Of a DNA stretch of 64,000 bases, positions 38,150-48,506 are shown piece after piece (the first letter of the stretch is position 1; every line of letters begins with the position of its first letter). The translations under genes were made by a program, and so were the position numbers. Source of the stretch: Ginglymostoma cirratum (lineage: Eukaryota); NCBI GenBank assembly GCA_024137785.1, contig JAHRHZ010000022.1, positions 32,158,511-32,222,510 on the forward strand, in the 5' to 3' direction. The notes under the pieces were generated by a model that saw nothing but the letters and a program-made list of their open reading frames with translations, did no database searches and was not told the origin of the DNA.

Positions 38150-39850
38150 GATGGTAAATTCTATTACGAGGAAAGACTTGACATCCTAGATCTATTTCCA
38201 CTGGAACAGTAAATGATGAGAGGGAAGTTCATACATGTTCATAAGATATGATGAGTTTTGATTGAGTAAATAGGAAAAGACCATTTGCTCTGCTTTGGGA
38301 ATTGATTGCAAGCATTCATCAATTTTAAATTATCATTGAGAGTGAGAAAGGATGTTTGGAAAATGTATTTTGTGCACAGGGATTTTGGAGCTGCCACAAC
38401 GTGTAGTTGAGGCAAAGACTACTGCGTTGTATAAAGAAAAGTTGGACAATAATCAGCAAGGTCGTATGATTAGCTTTTGGATTGCTTCAGCAAGGAGTTA
38501 GCTGAAACTCCAGTGTGTTGGCACTGCAGGTACGTAAATGCACAGACTGTGGTGAGTAACATTAGACAACTTAGGTACAAGTTGCCTTCTTGGATTCTAA
38601 TATGATGGCAGTAACGGAGATCTGACTCGAACAAGGGTGGGTGTCAAAATTTTATATTTCTGGCTATAGTGTTTGCAGTAGGAATAGGAAATGAATAAAG
38701 GAGTGAAAGGGAGCTACATTTGGGGGTTTGGGGTGGCATTATAGATCAAAGATATGATTACAGCCCTGGAATTGGTTAAAATGTTCAAAACTATACTCTA
38801 TTTGACGAGAATGAGGGAACAAAAGAGGATCAACGTGGCTGCTGGATTAGTATTATGGGCCCCCAAATAGTGCCAAAGGTAGTGAAGGTACAAGACTTAC
38901 CTCAGGCAGTTCTTCAACTGAATACATTTCCTCTCAAATGTCATCACTTCTCTGCGTTAATTCAAACATTCTGGTATAATATATTCACATAGTCTGATAT
39001 AAATTAGAGGTAATAAGTAAAAGCAAAGTAAAGATAAGAAATAATTTCTGGACAGGGGCACTTTCTTGATCAATGTGTTTCTATTCAAACATTGAATGAA
39101 TAAATGTTGGATCCATTTCTAGGGAATGACATGGGATATAGGGAATGGTATAGAGCGTGAACCTTGGGAAACAGTGATCACAATAAGATTGGACTTGGAG
39201 TATCTATGGAATAAAATTTTAAAAAACACCCAAATGTAGAAATGTTCAATTGGAGAAACTTTACTTTCAGTGAGTCGTAAAGCAATCCAGTCCAGTTGAG
39301 TTGGAATCGAAGATTATTGAGTAAAACTGTAAATGAGCAATGGATGGACTTCAAAGCACAAATAGTCAGGGTACTGACTACTCACATTACAATGAGGAGC
39401 AAAGAAAGGGAATGCAAGGTAAAATTTTGTGGATGACTCAGGGAATTGAGAGTAAAAAGGAAGTGTAAAATGAGAGTTATAATAAATGTTAGGCTATTAA
39501 TACGGGAAAGAATTACCTGGTAAAAGTTAATTAAAGCATGGTTGGTGCCGAGGAGGCACCAAAGAGAGAGCCTTTTCCAGACAAAAACAGCATGCTGAGG
39601 TACTGACATTTGTCTTTGTCTTTACAAAATGGATGCTGCCAATTTTACAGTGTAGCAGGAAGTAGCGGAGCAAATGGATGTGATAAAAATAAATGAAGCA
39701 GTGCTAAAATGGTTGGCAGTTCTCAAAATGGAAAAGTCATTTGAAACCCTTAGCTTCATGAGCAAAGGCACAGAATACTAAAGTATTGAAGTTATGCTAT
39801 TTCTTTATAAATCAGTAGTTAGATTTTAGTTGGAGGATTTTAGCACCATA
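38150..39850 (+). mobile_element. Cluster of ancient CR1 fragments (3' end plus endonuclease/RT relics)
   Basis: Residual motifs PPNS (about 38860), FLDQCV (about 39062) and LGNSDHN (about 39163, APE SDH motif). Confidence 0.55.
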
Positions 39851-41879
39851 GCAGCTTACAGCACAGAAAGCCATTCAGCTTGCCATGCCTATGCTATATT
39901 GCTGTGCTTAACCCACGGAACTGATTTTTGGCAATACTTCTGAGTTCCACAACCTCAAAAATCTGTCTAACTTCCTTCTAAGATTATTTATGGAATCAGG
40001 TTCCACATCAAGCAGTTTTGTCCAGTTTTATATTGTTTCATTTTTGTTAACAGATCTTTGTGTGGAAACATATTAAATAACCTGTGGAAGTCCATGTAAA
40101 ATGAATTCTACAGAAACTCCCTTTTTTACCATGTTTGCTGCTTTCTGAGAAATTTCAGTGAAGCTAGTTCGATATGAATTACCTTTCCAGATTCTGGCTG
40201 TCGCTGATCAGCTCGTAGGTATGTATAGATAGATTGGTGAAATGGGGTTATATATGGCAGATTAAATTTAATGCTGACAAGTGAAGTGATTTTAGTCTGA
40301 AAAAAAAGTAAAAAGCAATGTAAATAAATGGTACAATTTTAAATGATAAACAAAGACAAATCATTGAAGGGAAAGGGCAAGTTAAAAAGCTGCTAAAATA
40401 AGATCATTGGATTGGGTAATGGAGACATAGACTCAGATTTTTGAGGTATCTGGGAGAGTCTAATCTTTAAAAAAAGTACTCGTACCCTGGATTTCTGGCA
40501 GGTCCTTTTGTTGCCAGCATGGCATTCGATATAGGAGACAAGATGTGGACATTGGAAAACCAAAACATTGCTAGGCCATTTGAACTGAGTGCTGAGTTCA
40601 GAAAAACACCACTTTTGCTCAGTGGAGCTTCTGATAGCTAAAAATTGGTATGATTGTGCAGAAAAGGTGGGTAAGTTCTGGGGAACTATCAAGTTGTCAA
40701 GCTATTTTAATCCCCCATTCTTTAAATTTTGTAAACAAACAAGCCCTGTTCATCTCAGTTGAAAAATAAATCACTGTTTTCAATTTCAATAGCTGTTTGT
40801 TAACATAAGACCGAGGTTTGTCATTGTAGTGTTATTACTTCTTATTTTATTCTACAAACTCATTATTGCAATGTCTGGGTCTGTAAGTTGAAATTTTTAA
40901 GGCATTAGCTGACTTTGATGTGGCACTATTAATAAAAATCTTTCAAAGGGATTAAGTACTTTAATAGATTTTAATGTATTGAATGGGTGTTTGTTTTAAT
41001 GAGAATCTATTATTTGATAAAAGAAGTTTATTTTATTTCATCTTAACATGACTGCGGAGATCTGTATTAGTGGATATTGGATCAATAAACATGGAAGGTG
41101 TGTGGTCAAAGATTGGTGAGTGAGGATCATGGTATGAGCTGGTGCCAAGTTGGCATAGCAGCATCAGGGGTCATGGGATGTGACTAGACAGGCTAAGTTG
41201 AGAAGGAAGATTTGAGGGGCTATGTGAGATGTATGGCTGTTAGGTTACAAGGAGAGTGAATGTTGGCGTGAAGGGTGTATTTCAACTGGGAATAAGTCCC
41301 AATGCACCAATCAGGCTGTTTAAACATCCTACATTGGCATTCACTAGCACCGACCTCTGAACTATTCCAGGGAGAAGGAGACACCACTCCACCCATTCCT
41401 TCCACCTACAGAAAAATGCAGCCTTTTGAGGTTGCTTTTTTTGAGGTGGTTGTGCCAAACCAGGGCATTTGCCTATGCATTTGCCTCAGGAATGAAAATC
41501 CAGGCCATAGACTATCAAAGCAAAGAAGTTATGTTAATACCTTACAAACAACTGGCTAGGCATCAGGTAGAGTATGGAGCAAGATTTTACTGAGGTTCTG
41601 AGACTCTGAAGCTGTGATCAACGAGGGATCCTGCGGCCTCACTTGTGCATATGGAAGTGGCTGCTGCTGGTAATGCTTTGAGTGTTTCACAAAGTATCAT
41701 CACTGGATCCTTGGAGACAGATGCATACTGTGTACTGTGGTTCATGGGGATAACTGGTGGTTTGGGGGTTTGGATGCAAGAATGGGTGGGCAGATTTTAG
41801 AGGCAACATCTTTCCAATACAGGGTCCCTCAATCGTGCACCGCTTGGTTTTGGAAGTGGGACCCAATTCCATGGGAGAT

Positions 41880-42010
41880 GACTTGTCATAGCAGGCTTCA
41901 ACAAATAACAATGTGCTCATGACCAAAGAATCTATTGTTGTAATGTTGATTAAGGGATAAATGTTGGATAATGGGGATAATCCTCCTGTTCTTCTGCAAA
42001 ACTGTGCCTT
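41880..42010 (-). mobile_element. Deu-domain SINE (SacSINE1/AmnSINE1-like) fragment
   Basis: Minus strand GGCACAGTTTTGCAGAAGAACAGGAGG...ATTTATCCCTTAATCAACATTAC...TGGTCATGAGCACATTGTTATTTG matches the recalled Deu-domain core. Confidence 0.6.
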
Positions 42011-42013
42011 AAT

Positions 42014-42120
42014 GAACAAAAACAGAAGTTGCTGGAAAAGCTCAGCAGGTCTGGCAGCATCTGTGAAGAAAAATCAGAGTTAATGTTTCGGGTCCAGTGA
42101 CCCCTTCATCAGAATTTTAA
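42014..42120 (-). mobile_element. Penelope-like terminal repeat with best-preserved hammerhead core, flanked by 11-bp TSD
   Basis: Minus strand reads CTGATGA (42112 to 42106) AG GGGTC-ACTG-GACCC GAAA (42089 to 42086) CATT AACTCTG. TGTGCCTTAAT occurs at both 42003-42013 and 42121-42131. Confidence 0.85.
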
Positions 42121-43094
42121 TGTGCCTTAATCGATTCATTTAAAACCATGCAATTCCCACCTGACCATCTGATAACCGTCACCAATGATAGGGAAAGGAA
42201 GTAAACATTTTCTATCTCTAATATGTTGCAGAGATGAATTTTGCTTAGTGATTAAATTGCCAATGTCATAGACAGACTTTGGTTTGTTGAACATCCTTCT
42301 TCCAAATGTATGCCCTTACCATAATAAGAAAACAGCAGCAATCTCTGGAAGGAGCTTCCTTGTGATTGTTGCTTTTCATGCAGAAGTAAAATATTTACCC
42401 GCATTTATTGAGCAACACGAGATTATCTTTTACTATGGACCAGCTAGAATAAAGCCGATGTGTGTGTTCTTCACCTCTGTTTGAGAGCAGAACCAATCCC
42501 TTTGAAGAATAAAGTCATGGTGCTACATGGATTTAACCACATGGTGGATTTGTAAATCCTTGTTAACACAAGATTTGAAATTGGTAATGATGGCGAGTGG
42601 TGCATTATAACACTTCACAAACGTTATACGAAGAGTTTGCTTACTGCATGCATGGCCCACGAAAGAACAATTCAGTAAATTAACATGCATTGCAAGGAAA
42701 AGCTGCTGCAATCAATTTTTTTCCCAAAATGATATCATAAACTTCAGTTTCACAAGAAAAGTGTCAAATTCTGTTAAAATTCTGAGGAAGGAGTCACAGT
42801 GAATAGTAACATTTTAAGCTATCATACTTTCTTTTTACCTTTACTGAATAATGATACTGATCGTCTTGTCTTTCTGATGCTGCTGAGGTGTTTTTTGCGA
42901 GTATATGAAGTAAGACTCTGCAAAGAGCCCTTTGCTTGCCGTTTTTTCTACTCGTTTTCTTTTCTCCTCATGATACTGTGTTTTTGTCGGCTGTGATTTC
43001 ACAAAAACAGATATCCTCTGGAACGTAAATTCATTGACCATTGTTCACATATTATTTCTGCATTTGGAGTCAGTTACCTTGGATGACAGGTTTG

Positions 43095-43280
43095 CAATGT
43101 CGAGTAATACCAGCAGTCTGTGTTCAATTCTTGCTCTGACTATGGTTACCATGAAGGACTCTCCTTCTTAACCTCTCCCCTTCCTGAGTCGTGGTGATCT
43201 TCAAGTTAAACCACCAACAGTTATCTCTCGCTAATGAGAGAGCAGCCCTGTGGTCCAATGTGACTATGGCGACTTTCCTC
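43095..43280 (+). mobile_element. Shark SINE-like repeat
   Basis: B-box-like GTTCAATTC, then GGTTACCATGAAGGACTCTCCTTC...TAATGAGAGAGCAGCCCT...GACTATGGCGACTTT, a recalled shark repeat. Confidence 0.5.
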
Positions 43281-44139
43281 CTGCCTTTGAAACTCAACAG
43301 TAGGTAATTTACAATCAGCAGTTGACTCAACCCTATCCTCACCACTTGTGGGTACTACACATAATAATGAGAAGGATCTCTGGGCAATTTTTTCCCCTCC
43401 CTACCCCAATGTTCTTATGTTAATTGCAGTATCATAATACAGTTCCAGTAGTAAATTCACACATGCCAGAAACCTAACTTGGCACCTTGCTGGTTTCTAT
43501 GCCTTAGTATTTTACTGAATAAACTCAATAAAGGGAGCTTACTTTGATAGATCTGCTTAAATCAGGCTTCTAAACATTGTCCCATTTATATTGCCATGCA
43601 TTCTGACAGTTTACATTATTTACTTTTACCCATTGAAACATTCCCTAACAAAAATGTTTATTTTCCAATTTAAAAATAGAATAATTGAAAAATCTTAACC
43701 CAGTGAACTACTTTGGAAATGGTGTCTGCATTTGCAATGTAGTCATTTTTCAGAATGTTCTAAAGTGGGGCAGTTGCTGTCATTTGTCTGCCAGCTGTTT
43801 CTTTCTTTCATTAATAAAGATATTTATTGTTGAAACAAATTTAAAACTTGCTGATGCTTTGATGTACACTTTGGGCTTTGAACTGACGCACTGCACCACC
43901 TGGCCTTAGAAGCATATTCCTTCCATGATTCCCCACATTCCAGTTGCATGGCTCAGCAGATCATAACGCACCACCTCAATTTACAAAAGGGGAATCGAAA
44001 TAAGAATCATAGTCTGTAAGCCTCAATGACCTCTGGATTGAGACTTACAGCACACGTTGATTGGAAAAAAAAATCATTTAAAAATTATGTAAAGATATTT
44101 TTGACTGGATTCACCAAGAGCACTTGAAACTGTCTTGGT

Positions 44140-44550
44140 ATTGTTGTGTTCGAATAATGTGTTACTTAAATTGGAAAAGCATGTAACTTCAAAGTGGACT
44201 TGTGTAGCTGCACCTAGATTTAAACAGTGTATATACAAATTCAAATAGTGTGAATAAATTTGTATTGAAACACTATGGGCACATCATATTGGATTAGCCC
44301 AAGTACATCTGCATCATAACAGTATTGAGTAAATTCCACATTGGAACAGTGCAATAACTTAAATTAGCGTTTGTACAATTAACTTGCGCTTCACTTATGC
44401 TGAAGCAGTGTGACTGCACCCACATTAGACTAGTTTGAGTACACTCATATTGGAATAGTTTTGCTGAAGTCTTTGGACGAGTGTGGGTGTTGCACTGAGA
44501 TAATGTAAGCACACTAACATTGGAACTGTCTACACTTAAATTAGAATAGT
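44140..44550 (+). repeat. Degenerate ~25-bp minisatellite, left block
   Basis: Recurring units resembling TTGGAATAGTGTGAGTACACTCATA, for example GAGTACACTCATATTGGAATAGT at 44437-44459. Confidence 0.55.
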
Positions 44551-44589
44551 TCTTTTTAATTCGCTGTACGTGTACGTTGCTGATATGGC

Positions 44590-45025
44590 CAATATGTATT
44601 GGCCTTCTCTTACTGTCTTTACAAAGGTAATGGTGAGCCACCTTCTTGATTCTGCACTGTCTGTGGTGAATGTACTCCCAAAGTGCTATTCAATTGGATA
44701 TTGACTCTGTGACAGTGAAGGAATGTGATAGAATTCACAGTGAGAACATCTGTGGTTTGGAAGGTTCTTTGAGTTGATAACATTCCCATGTGCTTGCTGC
44801 CTTTGTTCTTATGGGTGATAAACATTTGAATGCAAAGGCTATGGAGCTGTAGATGGCACACATGAAGAGAGTGAATGTTTACACTGGTGGTTAGATGCTG
44901 ATCAAGTGGTCTGCTCTGCCCTGGACGACATTGAGCTTCTTGGCAATTTATTCACCCAACAATGTGAAGAGTTTTCCATTACAATCCTGATGAGCATGTC
45001 TTGTTGGTAAAGGACAGGTTTTAGG
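44590..45025 (-). mobile_element. CR1/L2-group LINE 3' end (antisense of the 13650-14095 family)
   Basis: AAGGTAATGGTGAGCCACCTTCTTGA...TTCCCATGTGCTTGCTGCCTTTGTTCTT...ATCAAGTGGTCTGCTCTGCCCTGGA. Confidence 0.7.
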
Positions 45026-45574
45026 GTGCTCAGTAAAGTTCGAGAGGACGATAGGTCTATCTCTCACTTGAGAGATAGCTGGTGATAGTTCTGGCCCAGA
45101 ACTGATTTCAGTGCCCCGGGAATCTGAAGTCCTCCACCTTGTATTATGTCATGATACAGAAATTAAATTGTTTCACCTACAATTCTTTATTAAGGGGTAA
45201 CTGAGAGTAATCCAGAGATGACTGTATTTGAAGTCTTCCTTTTACAACTCCCTTCCTAGCTCCTGAAACTGTCAATTTCAGAACATCAACCCTTTCCCTT
45301 CCATGTCATTGTTTCTCAGATGGGTCAAAACTTGCATCTGTACCCACCCACCCACCCCCAAAACTCCCTCCCAATTAAATGTTTTGTAGCCTCAGAGTAA
45401 TGTCTTTTACCTGAATATCAAACAGGCAACATATGATACGGGATTAAAATTGGCATTTTCAGAAAAAATACCATTTCCCCCCACTGACTATTGGTTCTCA
45501 ATTTACCCTGAAATGATTCATGCCACTCCTCAAATATGGAAACAATAACGGAATAATATGAATTTATTAAAATG

Positions 45575-45825
45575 TAAATAGTGAGGGTACTTTCAAATTA
45601 AAATGCTGATAGTACACTCATATCGGAATAGTGTGGATTCACTAATATTGGAAAGGTACTAGTCCAGCGATATAGGAGTAGGCTAAGTAGACATTAGAAT
45701 GGTGTATTCTTGAGAATAGTGTGGGTATATTCACATTGAAATGGCACGAGTTTATATATGCTTGAGTTGTGTGAGTAAACATCTATTGCAATAGTGTGGT
45801 AAAACTCATTGGAATAGTGTGAGGA
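45575..45825 (+). repeat. Degenerate ~25-bp minisatellite, right block
   Basis: AGTACACTCATATCGGAATAGTGTGG (about 45611), GAATAGTGTGGGTATATTCACATTG (about 45714), and CAATAGTGTGGTAAAACTCATTGGAATAGTGTGAG (about 45789). Confidence 0.6.
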
Positions 45826-47399
45826 CTTGAATTTTGTGTTCCTGTCTTATTTTTAGCTCCTCAAGTTCATCTTTTAGATATTTCCCTGATATTTCAGAAT
45901 CAGTGCCTTTTGCTTCAAAGTTGTCACATACATACCATATGCTGCATGCTGGAAAGAGCAGGGGAAGTGGGACTAATTAGATAGACCTTTCCAAGATGAA
46001 TTTTCAATGTTTGAAAAGTAGCTTCTGAGATAGTTCTGTTCTTTGCTACAATTTCAGACTGAAACCTGACAAACCTCCTGAAACCTTTATAAACTTAAAA
46101 ATTAATTTCAGTCGGCCACTGTCCATATCTTAGACTCTGACCAACCCTTTTGGATTCAGCATCACTGCAATATGCAATATACTTCTTGCATCACACCGCA
46201 AACAAACGTGGAACATATTCCTTCCAGTTTGTCAGTAATAAGTATTGCAACATCGATAGAGGAGTCAATGTTCAAGCAAACTCTCACAGCCTCCCGCTCC
46301 TATATGAATACATAACAAAAATCCAAATACAATTATGTACACAAACTCTTGTAATTGTCATAACTACTGTAATCATGATTTGTGTTCTGTGTAAATTGTA
46401 TGGAAGTAAATATTTTGTGCCAAACAGACAATGTTTGCAAAATGTATATTACTGTTTTACATATATGGTACTGTATGAACTGCACCGGCACAAAGTGGTG
46501 TGTTATCCAAGCAGTGCACTTCCTCAGTAAAAATTCTTTTATTTGTACTGTAGCATATTGCACCAAAGAAGCTCAAATCAGGAAGCACTGTGGCTATTGT
46601 TTTGTAGGCAGCAAACATAAGCAAAAGATGCTGAAGAGAAATGCCACACCATTTGCTGAGTCCCAGCAGCCACAACATTTGCCTGGGCGCTTTTTGAAAA
46701 CAAAATCTGCAATTCTTCCAATTCATTAATAAACAATCCACTATCCCTAAATGCTAAATAAAGGGCTCTGGTTGAGGGTTGGGAGGGGGCTGTGACGAGA
46801 ATCGATGAAGGGGAAAGGCTAATATCAAGTTCCTCTAACTATTTATAAATGCTAGTTTTAATTAATTGTACTCCATGAATGAAATGAAAACTGGTAACCT
46901 TTTCATAAAGAGCAGTGTAATAATACAGAGGGAGTTGATGGTTGAAGTCGAGTCACTGTAGACATTTGCTATTAAATGCTCGTGAATCTTTGGAAGTACC
47001 ACACTTTAATAGAAACAGAAAATTAGCAATTCTTTATTGCCTGAGGTTAATGCAAGCCTTCATAATCTCTTAATCTAGTGCAAAGAGCTACTATAGACCA
47101 AAAGCAATAATAAAGTCATGAAATGGTGATAGGCATTTTCTGTCAAGAAATCACAGCTGGCAAGATACACTTTGATCTGAAAGGGAAATATTTTTAAAAA
47201 ATTGTTTCTGGATACAGAACATTCATTAGCCCCACCTGCGCATTTAAAATAATATTTCATTAAATGTCCTTAATTTTATTCATCTTTCTGTGAGTATTGT
47301 TTTGTTGTCTGCTGTCGCATCGCACTTGATTGGGTCAAATTAGAACATTATTTATTATTTATCATGTTTCATTGGAGAAAAGAGATGTCATGCACCGAG

Positions 47400-48360
47400 G
47401 CTTGCATGGCAAAGTCTGATGTGGAGGAGGCAAAGCCGGAAGACGTGGCACATCTCTGTCTGTGAGGAGAGAGAGAGAGAGAGAGAGGGGTGGGGGGCGG
47501 TGCGGGGACGCCTGAGTTTCACATTGTTTTTGCATGATGAAAAGTTTGTTAATTTCCAAGCGCAGCGCTCAGTTTATCAACCTTGTGACAGCTTTGGAAA
47601 ACAGTTGTCACTTCCTGAACAGACCTTCTTGTAAGTGGATTAAGTGTTAATTCCCGTAATCAAAAATGATTTGCTTGATGATTTATGACGAGGCTTTGCT
47701 GAAATTACTTGACACAGAACGAATTGAGTGCCTGGATGCTTTATGCTCCTGTGTTTCTTGCGTCGGGATATTCCCACCCCTTCCCCCCCCCCTTTTTTTC
47801 TTTCATTGTTTAATGCAGGTTAATTCCGCATTTAAGTGATTACATCAAGCTGGCAGCATGGTCTCAGCTGGATAGTGACATTAATTGCCAAAATCTCCCA
47901 GCCATACACGATTCAGCCGGGCCTCTCTTGGGATTTTTAAAATGCAGTATTTGAGTTTCAGTGTAAGGGGAGAGAGCGAAAAGACTCTGCCCTAAGACCC
48001 ATTTGACAAATGAGAACCATGCAACATCAGCACCAGCGGACTGAGCCCCAGTGAATCAGACGCTCTCCACTAGTCAGCAACTAATGCTGTGTGACGAGCC
48101 TCCCCTCACTCTGTCATTAGAAGAGTTGCACATGTTCATCGCCAGGCAGGAACCTGAGTTTAGCTCTGTGCAGATTTTTTTTTAAAAAAAAGCTGTCTTC
48201 ATAGGCCTGGTGGGTTGACGGCTGGGTCTTTTGTATGCCGCACCGCTTCACAAAATAAAGAGAGAGAGTGAGAGAGAGAAAAGCTTCATTATTTCAGTGT
48301 AACTTGGCACAAGGCTGCCTGTGAATTGGTGCTGAAAGAAGATACAAGAGAAGCGATTGT
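47400..48360 (+). promoter_or_regulatory. Putative promoter and 5' UTR of the downstream coding exon
   Basis: Local CpG retention, an ETS-like GCCGGAAG (47435-47442), a GA tract, a GC box GGGGGCGG (about 47493-47500), no recognisable repeats, and position directly upstream of an ATG-containing exon. Confidence 0.55.
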
Positions 48361-48407
48361 GCATGCAAGCCCCCTCGCTGGTTCTTTGCAGACCCCAGAG
48401 TAACAGA

Positions 48408-48506
48408 ATGCAGCATCCTTTGACGGGTGCAACCTGTGTCGCTTTGCCCAATGTAGGCATGTGTCCCCAGCTCTCCTGTGCCTTGACTTTTATGTACCTA
48501 CAGCAG
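48408..48506 (+). CDS. First coding exon (MQHPLTGATCVALPNVGMCPQLSCALTFMYLQQ), probably an alternative N-terminus of an RBFOX-family RNA-binding protein (RBFOX2-like)
   Basis: ATG at 48408 has A at -3. A strong phase-0 donor CAG|GTAAGG lies at 48506/48507, and an in-frame upstream ATG at 48363. The ending FMYLQQ recalls RBFOX alternative first exons (..FLYLQQ|GNQE..). Gene identity is from memory only, and the common downstream exon was not found in this window. Confidence 0.6.

Noticed and set aside
41600-41760. Possible Harbinger transposase fragment (LQGSSDDTL)
   Set aside because: Too short and degenerate to support without a profile search.
44140-45825. Palindromic ~25-bp repeats as a CRISPR array
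   Set aside because: The DNA is eukaryotic, the units are tandem and degenerate without unique spacers, and there are no cas genes.
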